This document shows, piece by piece, positions 48,474 through 55,494 of a stretch of DNA of 55,494 bases. This DNA is from Candidatus Brennerbacteria bacterium. GTDB lineage: Bacteria; Patescibacteriota; Minisyncoccia; UBA6257; GWB1-50-10. Every line of letters begins with the position of its first letter. Positions within the stretch are counted from its first letter, which is position 1. The DNA lies in contig JAZDNP010000005.1 in assembly GCA_043799565.1 (NCBI GenBank), forward strand, positions 1-55,494, given 5' to 3'. Under the pieces are notes generated by a model. That model was not told the origin of the DNA, searched no databases, and saw only the letters and a program-made list of their open reading frames with translations. The position numbers and the translations under genes were made by a program.

Positions 48474-49370
48474 TTATTCGTTGCCTGTAGCGGTGGAAGT
48501 TGCGGTAGAAGTTGCGGTAGAAGTTGCGTTTTCATCCTCGTCGTCGTCATTACGGTCCGCATCGTCCACGCGGGAAATCTGCGCGAGCGCTACGGCGGCC
48601 TGTCGCACCGCATCATGTGCCGCACGCACCGTCTCGCGGACTGTATTTAGGTCATTCTTGAGCGCATCGCGTGCTACTGCCACATCTGACCGGAGCGTAG
48701 AACTGGAGGTCACCGTAATGTTGTAGCTCTTCCCCGCCTGCGCTTGCACCGCAGTACGGCTTGCCGCAATTGCGGCCTCTACACTTGTGATAGCGGTCCG
48801 AACCGAAGTGACGCTCAAACCCGCCGCTTCCGCCTTATCGGTACGGCTCTTCACGTTCGCAAGCACTTTTTCGATTTTCTCCAACACATCAAGATAGTGA
48901 CTCGTGAGTCGGGTATTGAGCTCGTTCACCTTATCGTACACACGCGTCACGGCCTCCTTTTTCCGCTCGTCCTTCAAAATCTCCAAGCGCTGTTTCAATT
49001 CTTCTCGCTTCGTTTCCATAACCTGCTTTGCTTCCTCGCGGCGCGCTTCCATCTGCTGTTTTGCTTCCTCGCGCACCTGCTCCATCTGCTTCTTCTCCTC
49101 TTCACGGCGCTCTTTGAGCGCTTCAATATTCTCGCGGGAAAGCTTGATAGCATTCTGAGCCTCAACCCGCATGCCTTCACGAATCTGCTCCGTCTCTTGT
49201 TTTACGCGCTCACGAACCTGTTCTGCTTCCTTCTTCAAGCTTTCCTGCAACGTCTTCACCTCTTCCCTCATTCTTTCCTGCTCCCGAACATTCGCCGACG
49301 TATCCTGCGCTCCAACGAAGAGCGGCACGATAAGCGCAAGCGAAATCATGAATACCGTAAGTTTTCTCAT
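48474..49370 (-). CDS. Secreted coiled-coil protein with 11-residue repeats and an ATST-repeat tail
   Basis: Signal peptide, EQVREEAKQQM/EARREEAKQVM/ETKREELKQRL repeats and C-terminal ATSTATSTATST. Confidence 0.8.
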   Translation of the reverse strand: MRKLTVFMISLALIVPLFVGAQDTSANVREQERMREEVKTLQESLKKEAEQVRERVKQETEQIREGMRVEAQNAIKLSRENIEALKERREEEKKQMEQVREEAKQQMEARREEAKQVMETKREELKQRLEILKDERKKEAVTRVYDKVNELNTRLTSHYLDVLEKIEKVLANVKSRTDKAEAAGLSVTSVRTAITSVEAAIAASRTAVQAQAGKSYNITVTSSSTLRSDVAVARDALKNDLNTVRETVRAAHDAVRQAAVALAQISRVDDADRNDDDEDENATSTATSTATSTATGNE

Positions 49371-49568
49371 TGATTATTTTCTTTTTTATCCTGCTCGACT
49401 TTTGGAAGTTGGGGACAGTATACCATTCACCTCCAACGAGGGGAAATGGGAGGCAAAAACACGTATTACAACTGTTTTTGCTGGGTCCTATAGTCGAGCG
49501 CGTTAGAACTTGTGTGGAGCAATAAAAAGCCCCCGGCGGTGGCTCAAAGCGAGCGAGGCTCTCTCAGG

Positions 49569-49784
49569 TTAAGAGAAGGTCCCTTGGTGCTCTAAAGCAT
49601 CCTTAACTTTTTCTAAGATTGCTTGATTGATTTTTTCCTCGTCCTTCATATCTAGTTCGTGTCCCATAAAAAGCTTCAGCCGCGCTGCTTCTTCAGCGAG
49701 CCCACGAACTTTTTCGGCATATTCCTTGTCTAGTTCTGTTGCCTCTTTTTCTCCAGTCGGATCTGACTTCTCAAATAGTTCCAT
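49569..49784 (-). CDS. Small hypothetical charged protein
   Basis: MELFEKSD... 71 aa with protein-like composition. The ATG at 49784 avoids overlap with tRNA-His. Confidence 0.5.
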   Translation of the reverse strand: MELFEKSDPTGEKEATELDKEYAEKVRGLAEEAARLKLFMGHELDMKDEEKINQAILEKVKDALEHQGTFS

Positions 49785-49821
49785 AGTTTCAGCATACTGC
49801 CGCAAGAAATAAAGGTAAATG

Positions 49822-49893
49822 GGTGCCCAACGGGGTTCGAACCCGTGATAAGAGTTCCACAAACTCTTGTGTTACCGCTACACTATGGGCACC
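49822..49893 (-). tRNA. tRNA-His (GTG)
   Basis: G-1 plus GTGCCCA/TGGGCAC acceptor stem, AAGAG-TT-GTG-AA-type anticodon arm and GGTTCGAAC T loop. Confidence 0.93.
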
Positions 49894-49981
49894 ATCCGCT
49901 CTAACCACGGGCATAATAACTCACTTTTTGGCGATTTGGAAGTATTGGGGTCCGGAAAGTGTGTTATTATCCCTTTAATCA

Positions 49982-50689
49982 ATGGGGATTTTAGACAACC
50001 TTGGCGCGCTTGTTATCCAATACCCACAGTGGAGCCACTGGATTATTGCCGTCGCGATTCTCTTCCAGGGCGAGGTAGTGGTCCTGGTCTCGGTCTTTTT
50101 GGTCGTCTCGGGCAGTCTCACGTGGGGAGGATTCATCATCCCCGCGGTTGCGTCCCTCATTGTCGGCGACACGTTCCTCTTCGTTCTCGGCCGCATGACG
50201 CGCAATACCCGCTTCGGGTGGAAGTTGTACATAAGAATGAAGCACAGCCGCCGCGCACAGTTCTATCTGTACTATGTGAAAGAGAACATCAATAAATTAA
50301 TGATTATTTCCAAATTCCTCGTTGCCGCAAACGTGTTCGCGGTGCTCGCCGTGAGCTGGTCCAAGGTGAGCTTTGGGAAATTCCTCAAGTCGCAATTTAC
50401 CAGCGTCATGCTATGGTTCTTCTCCGCTACGGCCGTGGCATATTTCTTCGCCTCCGGTTTCAGCTACCTGCGTTCCGAAAAAGTGTTCCGCCAGATCGAG
50501 ATCGGCATTGCGGTCGTCATGGTTCTCATGTTCGTCGGTGAACATTTCTTAAAGAAGGCGCTCCATAAATCGTTCCAAGCGGGCAGTAGGGTCCGGGTTG
50601 AAGATGGCGAGAAACGCGAAATGGGCCCTGTTCAAAATGGCAGCGCGGAAACTTCACGGTTTATGGATGAGCAAGATAGCGAAACGTAG
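49982..50689 (+). CDS. DedA/VTT family membrane protein
   Basis: GE.V...S.FL, GDTFLF.LGR and I.SKF. Confidence 0.75.
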   Translation: MGILDNLGALVIQYPQWSHWIIAVAILFQGEVVVLVSVFLVVSGSLTWGGFIIPAVASLIVGDTFLFVLGRMTRNTRFGWKLYIRMKHSRRAQFYLYYVKENINKLMIISKFLVAANVFAVLAVSWSKVSFGKFLKSQFTSVMLWFFSATAVAYFFASGFSYLRSEKVFRQIEIGIAVVMVLMFVGEHFLKKALHKSFQAGSRVRVEDGEKREMGPVQNGSAETSRFMDEQDSET

Positions 50690-50732
50690 ATCGTAGCGCC
50701 GAACACGCTATGCGATTTCGAACGGGATGAAA

Positions 50733-50760
50733 ATGCCTGGCGAGTGAACCCGCCAGGCAT
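50733..50760. terminator. Bidirectional terminator hairpin between convergent genes
   Basis: Perfect 10-bp stem ATGCCTGGCG/CGCCAGGCAT. Confidence 0.7.
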
Positions 50761-50761
50761 G

Positions 50762-51610
50762 TTAGTTCGTAGCAATGCGTGCCGCGTACGAGAGCACGGC
50801 ATCGGCATATCCTCCTCGATTATAGGCGTAGAGCGCACGCCGTTGGTCGCGGTGCCTCGGCGACCATCCGTGAGCGCGGAGATAGTTTGAGGCGCTTGCG
50901 ACCGCATCGGGAAGCGCGAAGAGATCAACAACATCATCTCCGTTACCGTCTACCCCGTAAGCAAGGTACGAAGTGGGCCGAAACTGCGGGAATCCAAACG
51001 CGCCACGCCATGATCCGCGAAGTGCAAGAAATAGATCGATATTTCCACCCTGCATGATCTGGAGCAAGGCGGAAAGTTCGCGGAGTTCAGGATTGCGCTG
51101 AGTTGAATTTTCCGCAAGTCGGGCAGCGGTATAAAGCGTATTCGCCACCACATATTCGCCGGGCGCTTCACCAAAATCCGACTCTGTGCGAAGCAACGCT
51201 GCAATCACTCGTGATGGCACTCCGAATGGTTGCGCCACGCTGTCCAAAAACTCCCGGTATTGCGAAAGAAATTGCTTCCCGCGCGCAACAGAAGAATCTG
51301 TGAAAAGCCACGCGTACGGCGCTCGACGCTTCGCGGGGTTACTCCTCGCACGACGCGCTTCCGCGAATCGCGCCACCACATCGTCGTCAATTCCAAAACG
51401 AACGTCATTGAAAAGCGTGACGACCGTAAGTGAATCGCTCACCTTCGTAAGGAATGAGACGAACGCGGTATCTTCAGGTGCCCATACGCGCACCGCGAGA
51501 TGTGAATTCCCCGCTTCGATCTTCTTTCGCTTTACATCGTGCTTCGTAGAATAGAACGCGCCGGCGAACGCGACGAGAAACATCAATGTGTGCACAAGAT
51601 TCCGTCTCAT
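50762..51610 (-). CDS. mltB: Lytic murein transglycosylase B (SLT_2 family)
   Basis: GVP..VIAA....ESDFG, GSW.GAFG.PQF.PTSY..YGVDGNGD, DAVAS.SNYL..HGW and AYN. SD AGGAGG. Confidence 0.88.
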   Translation of the reverse strand: MRRNLVHTLMFLVAFAGAFYSTKHDVKRKKIEAGNSHLAVRVWAPEDTAFVSFLTKVSDSLTVVTLFNDVRFGIDDDVVARFAEARRARSNPAKRRAPYAWLFTDSSVARGKQFLSQYREFLDSVAQPFGVPSRVIAALLRTESDFGEAPGEYVVANTLYTAARLAENSTQRNPELRELSALLQIMQGGNIDLFLALRGSWRGAFGFPQFRPTSYLAYGVDGNGDDVVDLFALPDAVASASNYLRAHGWSPRHRDQRRALYAYNRGGYADAVLSYAARIATN

Positions 51611-51723
51611 GTATCCTCCTAATTGATGACTGTGAAATAATCCTCTTTATATGATAGGCGCTGGGACGATAAAGAAGAAGCGCCCCACAGATGGTGTAGG
51701 GCGCCGGTACGCAAGAGAGTAGC

Positions 51724-52107
51724 TCAACTTCCGAGGCATGCGAGTTTTTTTAACACAGTGTGGAGGTGACTTTTCTCGCATTCAATATCGCACCCACCCC
51801 CTCGAAGCAACCGGTTCGCGGCCGGCTCCGTGGAGATCGCGATTGCGAGCCCCTTCCCCTTCAGAAATCCGGATGCACTCACCTCTCTCATGAAATCAAG
51901 CGAGGAGAGTGCTCCTGGGATCTGACCGTCTACCGCAACAACATCGAGACGGCCTTTCAGCTCATAGAATATCGCGAGTCCGCTCGTGACGTTCAGTGCC
52001 GAGCGAAGGTCAATGGACTCCTCACATGACGCCCACGCGTGAAGCGCCTCCTGTAGGCTGACGTTGTCGTCAACTACAAGAACAAGAAGTTTTTTGTCGG
52101 TTTTCAC
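51724..52107 (-). CDS. Stand-alone response-regulator receiver domain
   Basis: VLVVDDN, VAVDGQIP, AIST and a late Lys (EK). GTG start. Confidence 0.7.
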   Translation of the reverse strand: MKTDKKLLVLVVDDNVSLQEALHAWASCEESIDLRSALNVTSGLAIFYELKGRLDVVAVDGQIPGALSSLDFMREVSASGFLKGKGLAIAISTEPAANRLLRGGGCDIECEKSHLHTVLKKLACLGS

Positions 52108-52317
52108 AGTTTTCTCCGATATGTTCTGTCTTCAAGTAAAGCACAAAATTATGTATTTGTCAAATATGCGACGAATTTACTTGCTCCTCTCCTCACTTCG
52201 CGATAAAGTTATAAACGTTCCTTTCGCTCATTACTTGCCGCGGTATTTGCGCTTCGCGCTCATTCCGTGGCATCGTAATTCGAGAATGAACGTGTGCATT
52301 CATTCTACTCATTACTT

Positions 52318-52389
52318 GCCGCGGTAGCTCAATGGTAGAGCATTTCCCTGAAGAGGAAAGGGTTGTCAGTTCGATTCTGACCCGCGGCA
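52318..52389 (+). tRNA. tRNA-Phe (GAA)
   Basis: GCCGCGG/CCGCGGC acceptor stem, TTTCC-CT-GAA-GA-GGAAA anticodon arm and GTTCGATTC. Confidence 0.95.
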
Positions 52390-52393
52390 CTAA

Positions 52394-52423
52394 AACAATC
52401 CCCGACTAAGGTCGGGGATTGTT
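52394..52423. terminator. Bidirectional terminator hairpin
   Basis: Perfect 13-bp stem AACAATCCCCGAC/GTCGGGGATTGTT. Confidence 0.8.
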
Positions 52424-52458
52424 CGCGCAAACAGTTTTTTGAACTGTTGTAGCACAAA

Positions 52459-53196
52459 TCATTCCGGCACCAATGTACCGACGAGGATAATGACCACTAT
52501 GCCGAATACGATCATGAAGAAATGCAGGAATTCTTTCGGTGCGGCGTGGTGGCGAATCTCCGGCATAAGGTCGGAGACCGCAATGTAGATGAAGGAGCCT
52601 GCGGCAAGCCCGAGGAAATAACCGAGGTAAGCGTCAAAGAACGGGAGGAAAAAATAAGCGAGAATCGCGCCCACAGGAGTCGCGAGCGCGGTCAATACGT
52701 TCAACCACCACACCTTCGCGCGCGAATACCCGGCGTGGAGGAGCGCCCCGAAATCCCCTATTTCCTGCGGAACCTCGTGGAAAAATACCGCCACGGTTGT
52801 CGCGATACCCACCGGCATGCTGATGAAAAAACTCGCGGCAATCGCAATACCGTCCAGAAAATTGTGCACCGCATCACCAAACAATATTGAGCTTGAAAAT
52901 GTGTGGTAATCGCACACCGCCCGGTCGTGGCAGTGGTACCACTTAAGGAATTTCTCGAAGAACAACATGATGAGGATTCCCACCACCACACTCCCATACG
53001 CCGCACCGGTGGGAAAAACCTCGTGCATCTCGGGAAGAAGGTCAAAGAATGCGGCTCCGAGAAGCGACCCCGCCGCAAAGCTCACGAGAAGGAGCGACAT
53101 CTTCCGCGCCCACGCTTCGCGCCACAAAAGAAGCGCGCCCCCCGCAAGGGCCGCAATGCTACCAATAATACTCGCTCCGAGAATGGTTAAAAACAT
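52459..53196 (-). CDS. ZIP family metal (zinc) transporter
   Basis: SFAAGSLLG.AF.DLLPE, HCHD, HNFLDG, HEVPQEIGD and GSFIYIA.SDLMPE. Start at ATG 53196. Confidence 0.93.
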   Translation of the reverse strand: MFLTILGASIIGSIAALAGGALLLWREAWARKMSLLLVSFAAGSLLGAAFFDLLPEMHEVFPTGAAYGSVVVGILIMLFFEKFLKWYHCHDRAVCDYHTFSSSILFGDAVHNFLDGIAIAASFFISMPVGIATTVAVFFHEVPQEIGDFGALLHAGYSRAKVWWLNVLTALATPVGAILAYFFLPFFDAYLGYFLGLAAGSFIYIAVSDLMPEIRHHAAPKEFLHFFMIVFGIVVIILVGTLVPE

Positions 53197-53269
53197 ATTT
53201 TTGTCCCCTCGGTACTTTCGGCCGAGCATCCGCGCTCGGAAATATGCTCTTCGCATATTTCCTTGCTTG

Positions 53270-53341
53270 TCCCCTCGGTAGGAATCGAACCTACATCAAG
53301 GCCTTAGAAGAGCCCTGCACTATCCATTGTGCTACGAGGGG
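53270..53341 (-). tRNA. tRNA-Arg (TCT)
   Basis: CCCCTCG/CGAGGGG acceptor stem, CT-TCT-AA loop and GGTTCGATTCC. Confidence 0.92.
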
Positions 53342-53544
53342 ATAACGAAACGATAGAATGCCCTAGGCATTATATCGTTGAGCGATACCCTTGTATGTGC
53401 TCATACGAGGGGCAAGGCCAGCATGATTCAAATTTGATAGTAAGTGAAAAAGTGCGTAAGGTAAACAGATACGGGCCGTAAGCAATAGCTTCCGTCCCGG
53501 GCACTCGGATAAAATGATTCTCTAAATCATTTTGTTCCTCGTTA

Positions 53545-53615
53545 CGGGCCGTAGTATACCGGCAGTACGCCTGCTTTGGGAGCAGGTAGACTGGGTTCGA
53601 TTCCCAGCGGCCCGA
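53545..53615 (+). tRNA. tRNA-Pro (TGG)
   Basis: CGGGCCG/CGGCCCG acceptor stem, CCTGC-TT-TGG-GA-GCAGG anticodon arm and GGTTCGATTCC. Confidence 0.95.
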
Positions 53616-53616
53616 C

Positions 53617-53763
53617 AAAATGATTTTGTTCCTTCGCGGGGAATCGAACGGGAAAGGGGTCGGGAAACCGCAAAGGAAAGGTTTCCCGTGCCGGAAGTAC
53701 TGAAACCGAAGGGTTTCAGAATGCGCGGGAACGCGCGCGTTGTTCGCTTCCCAGCGGCCCGAC
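53617..53763. repeat. Palindrome-rich segment ending in a duplicate of the tRNA-Pro 3' end
   Basis: 53742-53763 repeats 53595-53616 with 1 mismatch. An inverted T-arm copy lies at 53635-53649. Confidence 0.75.
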
Positions 53764-53880
53764 TGACAAACGAAGGTGAGGAAGTACTGAACACAGCGGC
53801 GCGAATGTACCCGACAATAAAGCAAAAAATTGATAGTTCGGCTTCGCTCACTATCAATCCTGAATATCTTTATTCAAGGA

Positions 53881-53908
53881 TTGACACGTTTGTCTCGTGG
53901 AGTATGGT
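53881..53908 (+). promoter_or_regulatory. Sigma70-like promoter upstream of the DksA/TraR-like gene
   Basis: TTGACA, 16 bp, TATGGT. Confidence 0.5.
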
Positions 53909-53959
53909 AAGTGAGGTTCCTCAAATCACTCATATCCCGCGGGAAGGAGGTAGATGCAT

Positions 53960-54013
53960 ATGACACAGCCGATACTAAGGTATGTGGGGTGTGTGGTTAT
54001 AAAGCGTGAATAG
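53960..54013 (+). CDS. Possible 17-aa leader peptide MTQPILRYVGCVVIKRE
   Basis: Perfect SD AAGGAGGT (53944-51) 8 nt before the ATG. Confidence 0.35.
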   Translation: MTQPILRYVGCVVIKRE

Positions 54014-54066
54014 CAACACAACTTGGTTAATTCACGATCCCACCACAACGCTTTTAGGGAGGTAGC

Positions 54067-54564
54067 ATGAAACAAGGATTATTAGTTCCTTCACGAGAAC
54101 CACGTATAGTACTGGTTCCCGAATCTTTCACGTTCTACCCCGTCACTTCGGCAGGTTTCCTTGAAGAGGACGCGCTCCGGTCATTCGAAGCGCAGCTCTC
54201 ACAAAAGGAAGCCGAACTTTTGGAGGACATGGGGCACCAGGAAAAAGCGCTACAGTCTACAATGGAGGGTTACGGCGACGAGGGCGACCGCAGCATTGCG
54301 GTTATCAAGGACGACGCAGCGGCAATCCTCGCCAGCATCAAGCACGAGCTCCCAAAGGTGAGCGAGGCGCTTACAAAGGTCCGCAACGACCTCAAGGGAC
54401 CTGGACGGAATCACTCGAGACCTCCGTACGGGAAATGCCTTGAGAAGGACTGCTCAAAGTTCATCGAGCGGGAGCGGTTAGATGCGACCCCAATCGCACC
54501 AACCTGCATCACCCACACGAACGGATGCGGCTGCGTGGGAAATGAAAGATCGCGCCGAAATTAG
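54067..54564 (+). CDS. DksA/TraR-like transcription factor
   Basis: Coiled coil with a DEGDRS tip and YGKC....C...I..ERLDA.P.A..CI.H zinc-finger region. SD GGGAGGT. Confidence 0.8.
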   Translation: MKQGLLVPSREPRIVLVPESFTFYPVTSAGFLEEDALRSFEAQLSQKEAELLEDMGHQEKALQSTMEGYGDEGDRSIAVIKDDAAAILASIKHELPKVSEALTKVRNDLKGPGRNHSRPPYGKCLEKDCSKFIERERLDATPIAPTCITHTNGCGCVGNERSRRN

Positions 54565-54585
54565 GCGCGACAAGTAGAAATGACG

Positions 54586-54617
54586 AGCGCGGGATTCAAC
54601 CCCCCGCGCTTTTTTTT
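54586..54617 (+). terminator. Intrinsic terminator
   Basis: AGCGCGGG/CCCGCGCT stem followed by a T run. Confidence 0.8.
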
Positions 54618-54618
54618 A

Positions 54619-54791
54619 TCGGCGCAGGTCGGGAAACCGCGGGCGTGAGCCCGCGGATGAACGACCGCGCTTGAACTAGTGCACCCGGCGGGGCGCACCT
54701 TGCCGACACAACCGCCACGGTGCCGCTCGCGGAAAACCCCACGCCTGCCGGCAGGCAGGCGTGAGCGTGGAGAATCGACGGGCGGCCGGTT
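54619..54791 (-). mobile_element. Structured short element, copy B (173 bp, flanked by TAA direct repeats)
   Basis: Homologous to 45490-45615. TTA at 54616-18 and 54792-94. Carries extra nested palindromes. Confidence 0.6.
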
Positions 54792-54794
54792 TTA

Positions 54795-55403
54795 TTACTC
54801 GGAAGCGTCGAATATGCCTATCGCCTCGCGGAATGCTTTATTCAAAGTGTTGATGGATACCACCTTTGTATTCACTTCATCGAGCGCCGCGGCCGCGGCT
54901 GCGCGATTGGCTTCAATATTGAAACGGATTGCCCGCTCCAGTGCATCCAAAAACGCATCAACTTTTTGTGTATAGACGATGAACTCAGAAACGAGCGAAA
55001 GCTCTATCGCCACAGCTTCCGAACCTTCGCGCTGCTTCGTAACCGATGAAATTCCGGGGAGCGACTTGGCGAGTGCCTGAAGATGCTGGGTTAATTCAAA
55101 TGCCTTCCCGTAGGCGGCCGCATTGGAGGCGCGCGCGTCGCTCATGAGCGTGAGCGCGCGGGGGGCATCTCCCCCGAGGTCGGAGAGATTCACCTCGGTC
55201 ATTTTTTCACTTGTGAGCGTGGCAAGGTCCACAATATGCTGGCTTACCGCCGCAGCTCCCTGGCGCGCCCGTACAAATTCTTGAGGAAGACGCGTAGCCG
55301 CCATTCCTGCACCTATCATATATATAAGAAGGCCGGCTCCTATAAGAAGGAGCGCTGCCCGCGCTATGGTTTTCGGCAATTTTAGCCGCTCAGTGAAGGC
55401 CAT
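54795..55403 (-). CDS. Hypothetical membrane-anchored helical protein
   Basis: N-terminal TM followed by amphipathic helices, 202 aa. Confidence 0.75.
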   Translation of the reverse strand: MAFTERLKLPKTIARAALLLIGAGLLIYMIGAGMAATRLPQEFVRARQGAAAVSQHIVDLATLTSEKMTEVNLSDLGGDAPRALTLMSDARASNAAAYGKAFELTQHLQALAKSLPGISSVTKQREGSEAVAIELSLVSEFIVYTQKVDAFLDALERAIRFNIEANRAAAAAALDEVNTKVVSINTLNKAFREAIGIFDASE

Positions 55404-55476
55404 TTGTTTTTACCCATCATATCCCACACTCGTTGACCCGCGCAAACGAACGAAGGTAGTATGATAACTGATGGAA

Positions 55477-55494
55477 GCGGGATTAGTTTAGTGG
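55477..55494 (+). tRNA. 5' end of a tRNA (probably Gly), truncated by the window edge
   Basis: GCGGGATTAGTTTAGTGG fits an acceptor strand plus D-arm start. TTGACC and TAGTAT/TATGAT lie upstream. The anticodon is not visible. Confidence 0.6.

Noticed and set aside
52227-53763. Repeats read as a CRISPR array or prophage att sites
   Set aside because: Each repeat occurs only twice and derives from a different tRNA end. There are no cas genes, integrase or cargo.
53370-53963. ORFs 53370-53825, 53522-53857 and 53532-53963
   Set aside because: They overlap tRNA-Pro and palindromic repeats and have no protein motifs.
1-55494. Alternative genetic code (TGA recoding)
   Set aside because: Many intact genes end at TGA with ATGA overlaps, and conserved ORFs have no internal TGA.

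Overview
55.5-kb bacterial window, standard code (TGA = stop). Gene content and style suggest a Patescibacteria/CPR (Parcubacteria-like) genome; this is inference. Positions 1-35.8 kb are a large surface-glycan locus: GT2/GT4/GT10 glycosyltransferases, six SAM methyltransferases, Gmd, a DegT-type aminotransferase, RmlC/RmlD-like genes, an AsnB-type amidotransferase, a C5-epimerase-like protein, a P-loop kinase-like protein, GtrA, a polyprenyl-phosphate glycosyltransferase, a GT-C-like membrane protein and an O-antigen-ligase-like protein. A block of stand-alone hydrolase/cupin genes (22.7-27 kb) interrupts it. Next come a 1145-aa Ser/Thr-rich S-layer-like protein with a long structured leader, clpB with a CIRCE operator, degP, SIMPL, a frameshifted cysteine desulfurase, MgtC, DedA, MltB, a ZIP transporter, a DksA/TraR-like gene and five tRNA genes (one truncated). 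The most unusual non-coding signals are: (i) two diverged copies (126 and 173 bp) of a structured, TAA-flanked element, one inserted in frame in the degP signal-peptide region; (ii) short duplications of tRNA gene ends 66-147 bp away, often with an inverted copy between; (iii) a recurrent AAGGTCG leader motif and apparently leaderless starts. All calls were made by eye, without database searches.
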